Counted from the first letter of the stretch, positions 9,091 to 18,287 are shown. The stretch is DNA of 64,000 bases from an uncultured Ignavibacteriales bacterium (GCA_964464605.1 CAYXJN010000004.1:186001-250000), one strand, 5' to 3'. The notes: a model not told the origin generated them from the letters alone. Numbers and translations are program-made.

Positions 9091-10995
9091 TCACGGACAA
9101 GCCGGTGGCGGGGCGCCGGAGTTGAACAGGAACTGCACGAGGAAAGTCAGGTCGGCAACAGTAATACCGCCGAGACCATTGACATTACCTTCATCCGCGC
9201 ATGGAGACGGGTTGCCGCCGTTGAATAAGTATTGTACCAGATACGTCAGGTCGGCAATCGTGGGACTTTCAGACACGCTGCCGTTGACATTGCCGCGCGA
9301 ACCTATACAGCAACTGCCGGAGTTGAGTTTGACCGCACCCGGAATCGTATCCGGCTCATAAGCAATGCACTCAGTGACAAAGGCCGGATTATGCGATCCG
9401 CCGCCGAATATATACGGCGTAAACGATACCGGGTTAATCTGTCCGCTCGCTGCGCCAGGTACATCGAAGGTGACCGATAATATCTTACCTGTTCCCGGTG
9501 GCAGATCCGGTGCAGTTTCGTTAGTCGAGGTTTTCAGCGCAATAGCGACACGATTGTTGCCTATATCAATACCCAAGAATGATTCCGATTGAAAATACTC
9601 AGTCCGGGTGCCTGTTCTGCTCGTTCCGACCAGCGACATACCGTAGGGACCGGTCCAATTAAGCGGGATAGTAAACTGACGCAACGGGAGTGAGTTCTTG
9701 GCGTAAATATCGACAATCGCCTGAGTACCAGCGGCAACAAACGTGGTTTCGGCCCACATAGTATCCGAGAGCACATCAAGGTGCTCGGAGAACACATACA
9801 TTTTACCGTCCATATTCGATGCATACACGAATCCGTTGCCGGTAAAGGGATAGGCGCCCCAGCAGCCGTTAAAGTCCGGATCTTCCGTCGGCCAGGTATC
9901 ATGCTGGTAAATTTGCTGTGGATTAGTCGGGTCGGAAACATCGACTACGGTGATTCCGGATTCGTAGTGCGATGTATACAGTTTGTCACCTTTCCAGTGG
10001 GTGTTATGCGCAAGACGATTGGGAGCGAGATATTCACCGACCAACTCGATATTCGCCAGGTTATGCAAATCCCAAATTTTTATCGTCTTGTTGGCGGTTT
10101 CTTCGGTGGTTGCCGCATACTTCAGGTCTTCACGCGGCCAGATATTATGGACATATCCACCGGCCGGAATCGGTACGCGGGCGATAAGCTGCGGGCTGGT
10201 TTTATTCGCCATATTCCAAATGGAAAAGGTGCTGTTCCACCCTTCTGCCAAAAACATCGTATCGTTCTGAACGAAGATATCATGGATGCCGTTGTCACCA
10301 TAGTTAATGCCCATACTGGTAACGAAGGTGGGGTTTGCCTGATTGGAGAGGTTGTAAATAGAAAGCGTAACACCGTTAGCTTCGATTCCCTCAAGATACA
10401 TGTACCCTTTCATGGTATCGATAGAAAGGTTGTGGCTTGTATAATTTCCCCATGAAGGAGTAACGATAACCGAGCCGACATACGAAAAGCTGGTCGGAAG
10501 GTTGGTCATGTTGAGAATCATAACCCCTTGATTGGTCCCGGTGCATTCAGAGGTAATATAGACATAGCGGCGGTATGACTTCATATCCCGCCAGCGGGGT
10601 CCAGCCACTGCGCCGCCACAGCCGTTTTCCGGGCCGATTACCGTGCCGACAACAGCCATCGTGCTGGTATTGACTACGGCAACGCCGTTGTAGATGCCGA
10701 AGATTGCATATTCGGTTCCGTTGGGAGCGCGATATCCCCAACAGTCGGTTCCGGCGCCGGTTCCGAACTGGAATGACTTTTCGGCGCAGAGGTAATAGGC
10801 CGTGTCACCCGAATGAAACTGACTTACCTGCGGGCTGAAGGCGGCATCCAGTGCCCCCTGCTGTTTTGTTTCTGTCTGGATCTCATTCCAGGTAAGACGC
10901 TCCGCTACCGGATCAAGTTTGGCGGTTTCGGCTGAAACCGAAAGAGCCAGAATCACGAGCGCGAAGGTGTTCAGCGTTAGCCGAAGGATGTTCAT
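9091..10995 (-). CDS. Secreted choice-of-anchor B-like (LVIVD-repeat propeller) protein with C-terminal cohesin-like and dockerin-like domains, paralog 3
   Basis: DCWGYRAPNGTEYA, WRDMK, SHNL, IHD, HNIW, SHYESG, GCWGAYPF motifs. Ends CCIGSRGNVNG..TIADLTYLVQYLF..C..GNVNG..ITVADLTFLVQFLF..PPPACP. Start placed at 10995 (AAGGA SD, signal peptide). Confidence 0.8.
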   Translation of the reverse strand: MNILRLTLNTFALVILALSVSAETAKLDPVAERLTWNEIQTETKQQGALDAAFSPQVSQFHSGDTAYYLCAEKSFQFGTGAGTDCWGYRAPNGTEYAIFGIYNGVAVVNTSTMAVVGTVIGPENGCGGAVAGPRWRDMKSYRRYVYITSECTGTNQGVMILNMTNLPTSFSYVGSVIVTPSWGNYTSHNLSIDTMKGYMYLEGIEANGVTLSIYNLSNQANPTFVTSMGINYGDNGIHDIFVQNDTMFLAEGWNSTFSIWNMANKTSPQLIARVPIPAGGYVHNIWPREDLKYAATTEETANKTIKIWDLHNLANIELVGEYLAPNRLAHNTHWKGDKLYTSHYESGITVVDVSDPTNPQQIYQHDTWPTEDPDFNGCWGAYPFTGNGFVYASNMDGKMYVFSEHLDVLSDTMWAETTFVAAGTQAIVDIYAKNSLPLRQFTIPLNWTGPYGMSLVGTSRTGTRTEYFQSESFLGIDIGNNRVAIALKTSTNETAPDLPPGTGKILSVTFDVPGAASGQINPVSFTPYIFGGGSHNPAFVTECIAYEPDTIPGAVKLNSGSCCIGSRGNVNGSVSESPTIADLTYLVQYLFNGGNPSPCADEGNVNGLGGITVADLTFLVQFLFNSGAPPPACP

Positions 10996-11159
10996 GTGCA
11001 TGTCCTTATCGATAGAAGATTCGTTCCGGCGGTAGAAGCTGTTCTTCCGGTGCGCCGTTTTCACGGCAGCCGGTATGTCTTATAACAAGATAATACGTAC
11101 TGTCTGTTCAAAAGAATGCTTTTTTGTTAAAAAAACCACGATACACTGAAATATCAGTC

Positions 11160-12950
11160 CTAAAAGGGGCAGGTAGCAGGGGGTGGCCCTCCGGCATACA
11201 AATACTGAACCAGGTAAGTGACATCGGCAATCGTAATTTTACCGATACCGTTCGCGTTTCCTTCCTCGAAACAGGCAGGCATGGGGCCGGAGTTAAACAG
11301 ATAGCTGACTAAAAAGGTCAGATCGGCAATCGTAGCATTGCCGCCGCTGTTGTTAGCGTCGCCGCGTATGCCCGTACAGCAGCTTACCACCTGTACGGCC
11401 CCGGAAGCGGTAACAGGATGTGCCGCGAGGCAATGTGATGCAAAGCTCGGTTCATAGGGAATAGAATCCGGGTAATCGGTAAAGGAAATCATGTTTGTTC
11501 CGGCTGAAGCGTTTCCCGGGATAGCGAAACGTACTTTCACAACCGGACCGCTGCCTGCGGGCAATGGAGGGATGGAATCACTGCCACCGGAAAGCATAAT
11601 CACCATGCGGTTATTGCTTGAATCAAGCAGGGTAGTTTCCGATTGAAAATACTCAGTTCGTGTTTCGGTGCGATCCAAATCGACAAAATGCAGTGTTGAC
11701 GTTCCGGGCCATGACACGGGAATTTGAAATTGTCGAACCGGGTGTGAATTGCTTGCGGAAATCGTAACTTCGGCTTCTGTGCCGTTGGTTGCTATTATCG
11801 CATCTGTCCACATGGTATCATGGATGACATCAGTGCGTTCTTCGATGACAAACAGTTTTCCGTCGGTGTTTGAAATGTACATAGTGCCGTTGTTTGTGTA
11901 TGGGTAGCCGCCCCACGCGCCCCGAAAGTTCGCAAAGTTCGTCGGCCACGTGTCATATTGCAGTTCAACCGTCGGATTAGTCGGATCGGAAACGTCAAAA
12001 ATCACTGCGCCGGCTTCGTAATGCGAGGTGTAAACCCGATCTCCCTTCCAGTAGGCGTTGTGCGTGACATGGCTCGGCCCGAGAATTTCACCGATAAGGG
12101 ATATCGAATGAATATCCTGCATATCCCAAATCTTGAGCGTTTTGTCGGCAGTTTCTTCAGTGGTTACCAAATACCTGCGATCATCACTCGGCCAGAGATT
12201 ATGCATATACCCGCCACCTGGGATCGGAACGCGGGTGATGAGAGCAGGGGACATTTTATCCGCCATGTCGTAAATGGAAAATGAGACATTCCATCCTTCG
12301 GCAATATAGAGAGTGTCATCAAGCGCCGTCATATCGTGAATCCCGCCGGCAATGCCAAAACTGTTCACATAGACCGGTACAGCCGGATTAGCGAGGTCAT
12401 GGATATAAATTGCTTTGCTTGCGGTTGTAATTCCTTCGAGATATGCAAAGCCGTTGGTGGTATCGATGCTTAAACTATGCGATGCAACTTGTATCACCCC
12501 GTTTGTCGGATAGATACCGGCGATACTGACACTGTCAGGTAAATTTTCTAAATCGATTACCATGAGTCCGGCATTGGTGCCTGCACATTCGGAAGTAATA
12601 TAGGCGAAATGATTGTAGACTCGCATTTCCCGCCAGCGAGGGCCATTGATAGCCGAACCGCAGGCAGTCACCGGACCGGGGATAATATCGACCACGGTCA
12701 TGTTTGCCGTATTCACTACCGCGATGCCTTCGTAAACGCCATAAATTGCGTACTCGGTGCCGTCTGGCGCACGATATCCCCAGCATCCGGTTCCGGCGCC
12801 GGTACCGATCTGGATAATCCCTTTATCGCACAGATAATGCGCAGTATCGCCGGAGTTGTATTGGTTGAGTATCGGTTGAGCTGTTATCGAAATAGGCAGT
12901 GTGAGTAAAAAAAGAATAGTTACTAAAAGATATCGAGTGCAAGTACTCAT
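11160..12950 (-). CDS. Secreted choice-of-anchor B-like protein with cohesin-like and dockerin-like domains, paralog 2
   Basis: Same motif set as 9091; signal peptide; C-terminal CCTGIRGDANN..TIADLTFLVSYLF repeat pair. Confidence 0.8.
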   Translation of the reverse strand: MSTCTRYLLVTILFLLTLPISITAQPILNQYNSGDTAHYLCDKGIIQIGTGAGTGCWGYRAPDGTEYAIYGVYEGIAVVNTANMTVVDIIPGPVTACGSAINGPRWREMRVYNHFAYITSECAGTNAGLMVIDLENLPDSVSIAGIYPTNGVIQVASHSLSIDTTNGFAYLEGITTASKAIYIHDLANPAVPVYVNSFGIAGGIHDMTALDDTLYIAEGWNVSFSIYDMADKMSPALITRVPIPGGGYMHNLWPSDDRRYLVTTEETADKTLKIWDMQDIHSISLIGEILGPSHVTHNAYWKGDRVYTSHYEAGAVIFDVSDPTNPTVELQYDTWPTNFANFRGAWGGYPYTNNGTMYISNTDGKLFVIEERTDVIHDTMWTDAIIATNGTEAEVTISASNSHPVRQFQIPVSWPGTSTLHFVDLDRTETRTEYFQSETTLLDSSNNRMVIMLSGGSDSIPPLPAGSGPVVKVRFAIPGNASAGTNMISFTDYPDSIPYEPSFASHCLAAHPVTASGAVQVVSCCTGIRGDANNSGGNATIADLTFLVSYLFNSGPMPACFEEGNANGIGKITIADVTYLVQYLYAGGPPPATCPF

Positions 12951-12981
12951 CTGACTACCGTTCGTTTAAACCCTATCTACG

Positions 12982-13010
12982 AAAAAGACGGGTAATATGC
13001 TTACCCGTCT
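12982..13010 (-). terminator. Intrinsic terminator after paralog 1
   Basis: AGACGGGTAA-tatgc-TTACCCGTCT perfect stem with a U tract on the minus strand. Confidence 0.7.
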
Positions 13011-13052
13011 CTGTTTATCAGAAGGTGGCGATGACCATCAGGACTGACTTCA

Positions 13053-14924
13053 TCACGGACAGGCGGGCGGGGTTGCGCCGCTGTTAAAGAGATACTGTAC
13101 CAAGTAGGTCAAATCCGCAACAGTAATTCCGCTGATCCCGTTCACATTCGCTTCATCGGTACACGAGGGTGAGGTGCCGTCGTTGAACAGATATTGCACC
13201 AGGAATGTAAGATCCGCAACGGTGATCGTTCCGTTGCCGTTTACGTCGCCGCGTGTTCCCACGCAGCAGCCGGCAACTTGCACTTCACCGGAACTGGTGT
13301 CCGGATGAACCGTAATGCACTTGGTGATGAACCCGGGTTCATACGTATTAGGACCGCTCACGAACGGAGCGAAAGTAACCGGATTGGTCGTTCCCAAAAC
13401 GCCGTTCGGCACACTATAGATCACTTTGAGAATTGGTCCGGAACCCGGGGCGAGATCCGGCGCAGTATTGTTGGTTGAAGAGGTTAGGTTCACCACCAAA
13501 CGACGGCCGGGGAGGTCGTTAGCCGGATAGCTTTCCGACTGGAAATAATCCGTTCTGGTGCCGGTGCGATCGGTCGTTACGAAATCCATATTGGACGGGC
13601 CGTTCCAGTCGAGCGGAATCTGGAATTTACGAATCGGATGCGAGTTGCTGGCATAGATCGTTACCGTGACCTGTGTCCCTTCTCCGGTTACCGTCGTGTC
13701 AGCCCACATCGTATCGTTTAAGATTTCATTTTTCTCTTCGAGTACATAGAGCTTACCGTCTAAGTTGGAACCGAAAAACGCGCCACTGTTGGTGTACGGG
13801 AATCCGCCCCACATACCGTTGAAGTTGTGCGTTGCCGTCGGCCAGGTGTCGTAGCCAAGAACTTCAACAATGTTTTCCGGATCGCTGGCATCGAAAATCT
13901 TCATCCCCGCTTCATAGTGGGAGAAGTAGATGCGGTCTCCTTTCCAATACGCATTGTGAGTCAGGCCATCCGGCGGGTTGTACTGATTGACAAACTGCAC
14001 GTCGCCGAGATCGGAGATATTCCACATGGTGATATTCGGGCCGCCGAGTTCGTCGGTAGCAACCAGATAATCACGATCATCGCTCGGCCAGATGTTATGG
14101 ATATACTGAGCACCCGGAACGGCGATGCGCGTAATCAGCGCCGGCGCCATTTTGTTTGCCATATTGTAAATACCGATGGACAGATTAGAACCTTCCGCTA
14201 CATACAGTGTGTCATCAAGCGCGGTGCAATCATGGATACCGCCGCCGATACCGAAGCTGTTGACATAGACCGGGGCTGCCGGATTTGCCAAATTGTGAAT
14301 GCGGATTGAATTGTTCGCAGCCGAGGTTCCCTCAAGGTAGGCGTAGCCGTTGGTGGTATCGATATCAAGACTGTGTGACGTTACCAATCCACCGGGAGGA
14401 TAGGCCTGAAACGCGCCGACTAAATTGACACTAGCCGGCAGATTGCCGAGGTTAATAACCATTAATCCGGCGTTCGTTCCCGTACATTCAGACACGGCGT
14501 ATGCATAATGGTTATAGACACGCATTTCACGCCAGAGTACCGTTCCGCATCCACCGGTCGGACCGGGAATAATACCGACAGTGGTCATGGTGCTGGTATT
14601 GACGACAGCGATACCGGTGGCAACACCCATGATGGCGTAGTCAGTACCATCCGGTGCGCGATACCCCCAGCAACCTGTTCCGCCGAAGGTACCGAACGAC
14701 AAAATTCCTTTGTCGCAGATGTATTGAGCCGTGTCACCGGTTTCATACACAATCTGCTCGGCTTCTTCCGGGCTTGAAGCCAACTGCGTACCGGCTTCTT
14801 TGCTCGGCTTGTTCCGATTATCCCAGTTGGGATCGTTGAGTACCGAAAGCGGCACTGCGTACAGCGATGCGGAAATACAGAGCACCGCTAAGGCTACAGT
14901 TAACATTCCTCTGAATCGCGTCAT
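13053..14924 (-). CDS. Secreted choice-of-anchor B-like protein with cohesin-like and dockerin-like domains, paralog 1
   Basis: SD GAGGAG, signal peptide, same motif set, C-terminal CCVGTRGDVNGNGTITVADLTFLVQYLF repeat pair. Confidence 0.82.
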   Translation of the reverse strand: MTRFRGMLTVALAVLCISASLYAVPLSVLNDPNWDNRNKPSKEAGTQLASSPEEAEQIVYETGDTAQYICDKGILSFGTFGGTGCWGYRAPDGTDYAIMGVATGIAVVNTSTMTTVGIIPGPTGGCGTVLWREMRVYNHYAYAVSECTGTNAGLMVINLGNLPASVNLVGAFQAYPPGGLVTSHSLDIDTTNGYAYLEGTSAANNSIRIHNLANPAAPVYVNSFGIGGGIHDCTALDDTLYVAEGSNLSIGIYNMANKMAPALITRIAVPGAQYIHNIWPSDDRDYLVATDELGGPNITMWNISDLGDVQFVNQYNPPDGLTHNAYWKGDRIYFSHYEAGMKIFDASDPENIVEVLGYDTWPTATHNFNGMWGGFPYTNSGAFFGSNLDGKLYVLEEKNEILNDTMWADTTVTGEGTQVTVTIYASNSHPIRKFQIPLDWNGPSNMDFVTTDRTGTRTDYFQSESYPANDLPGRRLVVNLTSSTNNTAPDLAPGSGPILKVIYSVPNGVLGTTNPVTFAPFVSGPNTYEPGFITKCITVHPDTSSGEVQVAGCCVGTRGDVNGNGTITVADLTFLVQYLFNDGTSPSCTDEANVNGISGITVADLTYLVQYLFNSGATPPACP

Positions 14925-15108
14925 GTTCTCCTCGAACTCTTATGGTGTAGAAGCAGATTATCGTCGGTTACAGTGAGGTAATACCGGGTACGGCTATAAA
15001 GGTAAGTGATTTTGCATATCTGTCAATCATTAAACGGTTTATACCAGCAAATAAGGGGATAAAACCGGTCAGAAATTGGGCGTCCGCCCAAAAGACAATC
15101 TTTTCTAC

Positions 15109-15138
15109 TTGACACACTGAACAAATGTTCAGTATCTT
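15109..15138 (+). promoter_or_regulatory. Sigma70-type promoter with a LexA/Cheo-like operator in the spacer
   Basis: TTGACA (15109-15114), N18, TATCTT (15133-15138); perfect palindrome ACTGAAC-aaat-GTTCAGT at 15116-15133. Confidence 0.7.
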
Positions 15139-15243
15139 GCGTGACCAGCCGATAAAGGGCAGGGAGAAAGGAACAGACCAATGGAACAACCAATCAAGGC
15201 CACGGCTCAACTAAAAACTTGGCGAGCCGGATGGGGAGTCGGT

Positions 15244-15417
15244 ATGGCAGATACAGAGGAGGTATCTCCATTATCACTTTCCATTCCGGCAGAGACTGAG
15301 TCCGACTACTGCTTTCAGAATGCCGCTACCTGCACTGAGTGCGGGGGAGGAATGATGCGGCTTGGTTCCTGTTTTGTCTGCGCAACGTGCGGTTCCGGAG
15401 GATGTGAAGGGGGCTGA
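15244..15417 (+). CDS. Small zinc-ribbon protein (57 aa) resembling the C-terminal tail of class II ribonucleotide reductase
   Basis: SD GGGGAG before ATG 15244; CTECGGGMMRLGSCFVCATCGSGGC. Confidence 0.6.
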   Translation: MADTEEVSPLSLSIPAETESDYCFQNAATCTECGGGMMRLGSCFVCATCGSGGCEGG

Positions 15418-15446
15418 CCATATAGGTCGTCCGTAAGGAGGCAACT

Positions 15447-18128
15447 ATGATGACAGTAAGCGAACTGAGAACATTCGGTATACCGGAAACAGTAATCGGC
15501 GCCTGGCAGAAACGGCAGGGGGATATTTTGCTTCCGGTGCAAAGCCGGGCCGTCCGGCAGGGGCTGTTAGCCCAGTTTGAACGGGAGCGGAAAACGGTGC
15601 ATCGGAACATGATTATTTCCGCGCCGACTTCCGCCGGGAAATCTTTCTGCGCCGAACTGGCGATTGCCAAAGGATTAGCTGAACGCCGGAAAAGCATCTA
15701 TTTAGTGCCGCTCAAATCACTCGCGGAACAACGTCATCGTGCCTTTTTGGAAACCTACGGCCCGCTCGGTGTCCGCTGTTTGATCGTAACCGGGGATCAT
15801 CCGGATCATGATGCCCCGTTTGCCGCCGGAGAATACGATATCGCGGTGGTCATCTATGAAAAACTCGATCTCTTGTTATGCGACCGGCTTGATCTGTTAC
15901 AGTCAGTCGGGTTGTTGATTGTCGATGAGATGCAAACTATCGCCGAACCGGGCAGAGGTCCGGTGCTGGAGCGACTGCTTACGACGGTGCTTACTTCGGT
16001 ATACAATCCGCAGATTATCGCGCTCTCGGCCGTCATCGGTGATCGCTCGCTTGAGCTGTTAGCGCAGTGGTTGGGAGCGTCTATTGTCGAGGAGCATGCC
16101 CGCCCGGTTGAATTGTTACGCGGGGTGTTGGTGGATAATCAATACACCTATCGCTCATTTAACGCGGGTCATCGTGGGCAACAGCAACTGACTAAGGATA
16201 CATCGGCCGAAAATCATTTCGATATGTTTGCCGAATTAGTCAAATCAGACAGCGGTGCGACATTAGTGTTTTTAAAATCCCGCAGGGAAACAATAGAACG
16301 GGCGGTTGCCTTAGCTGCACAGGTCAATTGGCCGACTGCGCAACAAGCGGTGGATGAACTGGGGGATGAAGAACCATCTTTCTTGAATCGCACGTTGCGC
16401 CAGGCCTTGAGTCGGGGAATTGCGTTTCACAATGCCGATCTCACCGCGCGGCAGCGTCGGATTATCGAAGATGCCTTTTTGCGCAAAGAAGTACGTGTGC
16501 TGTTTTCGACGACGACATTGGCGATGGGTGTCAATCTTTCCGCCGACACGGTATTTCTGGAAACGGTGAAATACGCCGAAGCGGAATATGAAGGACGGCC
16601 ATCGTTAGTACCGGTCAGCCGCGCTGAGTTTGATAATATGACCGGACGCGCCGGACGGTTCGCTTCCGAGCGGCCGAACAGCACCGGTCGCGCAATCATC
16701 ATGGCGCAGACACCGCTTGAGCAGGAGATTTTGTGGGATGCCTATATCGCTCCGCAAAAAGAGGAGCCGTTAGTTTCGGCATTCTCTCTCTATTTGATCA
16801 CTGATTGGCTCTTGCATGGAATCGTATCCGGATTGGTGCATTCATCCGTATCGGCTGAACAGCTGTTTGCGAAAAGTTTGTATACGACCTCAGGCGGCGT
16901 CATTGAAGATATCCCGAAAGCGCTTTCGACATTAGTTGATACCGAACTCGTTTCGGTGCATCAAAGCAGCACCTACGCGGCGACATCATTGGGTTGCGCG
17001 GTTGCGGGAAGCGGATTAACGATTTCACAGGCAACCTATTTGATACGTTCACTCTCGTCATATCAACCTGCTTCAACCGTTGAATGGTTAGCGCTGGCCA
17101 TAAGTATTCCGGATTGGCGCTTGCCGACGGCACTGCTTACGCAGTTTGAATATCGGGACCGGATTCCGCTGAAATCTGCTTATCGCCGCTATGAGGATAT
17201 GTTTCCCGGTATCGAGCGGATGATTCCCGCCTTGCGCGCCGGCCGGCCGGATCGCCGTACCCTTTCATTGCTCAAATGTCTGTTGCTCTTAGATGATTGG
17301 CGCGCCGGTTTACCAATTCCCAAGCTGGAAGAGCGGTACGGCATTCATCACGGACAGATTATTTCACTCGGTGAAACGATCGGACATCTGGTCAGAGCGA
17401 TTGCGATGATTCGAGAGGTAACCGAACAAACGGCATCCTGCGCTGAACTCTACGCGCTCGCATTTTCATTGCGTACCGGATTGCCGCCGGAACTGCAGCA
17501 TCTGCACAATTGTTTCGGCACATTTTTACAACGGCGGGAACTGCTCGCACTGCGCGCGGAAGGAATCACGACCGCCGCCGCGTGTGCCGCGCTCACGGAT
17601 GAGCAATTACACCCGTTGATTCATGGAATTTCACGACTACATCAATTTAAAGAAATACTTACACACATGTACGAGGAGGTTGTCATGCAAACGTCAGGTT
17701 CTCTGTCCACCACGCAGCAGCTTTCACCGCTGAGTTCCACTCAGCCGAATCTGGTTGAAGTCGACGGATCGCAGGAAGGTGAACGCTATGTTATTAAAAT
17801 CAACGGTCAGCCGGTTCGGTTGACGGCGAAATCATTCAAGTATTTTGCCAAACTCGCCTGGGCCCGGGTGAACAGTGAAAACGGCTGGCTGTTCAAAGAG
17901 GAGATAGAGGTCGGTTTTAATCAGGCGCGCTATCTCTATCGGATGAAACAGGAGATTGCAGGCGGCAATAACTTGCCCTGGCAGGTTATCGAAAATAACC
18001 GGTTAGGCTATTACCGGCTTGCTGTTTCCCGTGATCAGATTCGGGTTAATGTAGAAGCTTTGCGTACCAGCGACGATTACGAACTGCGTAAGCTGGCTGA
18101 AACAGAACTGTTGCGGACGGTAAATTGA
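15447..18128 (+). CDS. Ski2/Hel308-like superfamily 2 helicase with a C-terminal winged-helix extension
   Basis: SD TAAGGAGG; Q motif LPVQ; Walker A APTSAGKS; PLKSLAEQ; DEMQ; LSAV; FHNADL; TTTLAMGVN; NMTGRAGR; Hel308-like WH, ratchet and HhH regions. Confidence 0.88.
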   Translation: MMTVSELRTFGIPETVIGAWQKRQGDILLPVQSRAVRQGLLAQFERERKTVHRNMIISAPTSAGKSFCAELAIAKGLAERRKSIYLVPLKSLAEQRHRAFLETYGPLGVRCLIVTGDHPDHDAPFAAGEYDIAVVIYEKLDLLLCDRLDLLQSVGLLIVDEMQTIAEPGRGPVLERLLTTVLTSVYNPQIIALSAVIGDRSLELLAQWLGASIVEEHARPVELLRGVLVDNQYTYRSFNAGHRGQQQLTKDTSAENHFDMFAELVKSDSGATLVFLKSRRETIERAVALAAQVNWPTAQQAVDELGDEEPSFLNRTLRQALSRGIAFHNADLTARQRRIIEDAFLRKEVRVLFSTTTLAMGVNLSADTVFLETVKYAEAEYEGRPSLVPVSRAEFDNMTGRAGRFASERPNSTGRAIIMAQTPLEQEILWDAYIAPQKEEPLVSAFSLYLITDWLLHGIVSGLVHSSVSAEQLFAKSLYTTSGGVIEDIPKALSTLVDTELVSVHQSSTYAATSLGCAVAGSGLTISQATYLIRSLSSYQPASTVEWLALAISIPDWRLPTALLTQFEYRDRIPLKSAYRRYEDMFPGIERMIPALRAGRPDRRTLSLLKCLLLLDDWRAGLPIPKLEERYGIHHGQIISLGETIGHLVRAIAMIREVTEQTASCAELYALAFSLRTGLPPELQHLHNCFGTFLQRRELLALRAEGITTAAACAALTDEQLHPLIHGISRLHQFKEILTHMYEEVVMQTSGSLSTTQQLSPLSSTQPNLVEVDGSQEGERYVIKINGQPVRLTAKSFKYFAKLAWARVNSENGWLFKEEIEVGFNQARYLYRMKQEIAGGNNLPWQVIENNRLGYYRLAVSRDQIRVNVEALRTSDDYELRKLAETELLRTVN

Positions 18129-18203
18129 TTCAGTCGAATAAGTTTTTTGAAAAAAACCGGCTTCAGGTACAGGATTGGTGGTAAATAGGTTACAGGTTAT
18201 GTA

Positions 18204-18232
18204 TTGACTTCGCCAGTGCCCGGCGGTAAGCT
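18204..18232 (+). promoter_or_regulatory. Putative sigma70 promoter of lon
   Basis: TTGACT-N17-TAAGCT. Confidence 0.5.
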
Positions 18233-18287
18233 GTTCCGGAAAAGAGATAGGAATTTCTTCCGATACTGATATTCAGAACAGACAGTC

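Noticed and set aside
9781..10455. 224-aa plus-strand ORF, and similar shadow ORFs such as 30922-31554 and 58184-58813
   Set aside because: They lie wholly antisense to well-supported genes and show no motifs or RBS.
9094..13270. Repeated sequences at the 3' ends of the three paralogs as a CRISPR array or DGR template/variable repeats
   Set aside because: They are coding dockerin-like repeats diverged mainly at synonymous sites, with no regular spacers and no reverse transcriptase or cas gene in the window.
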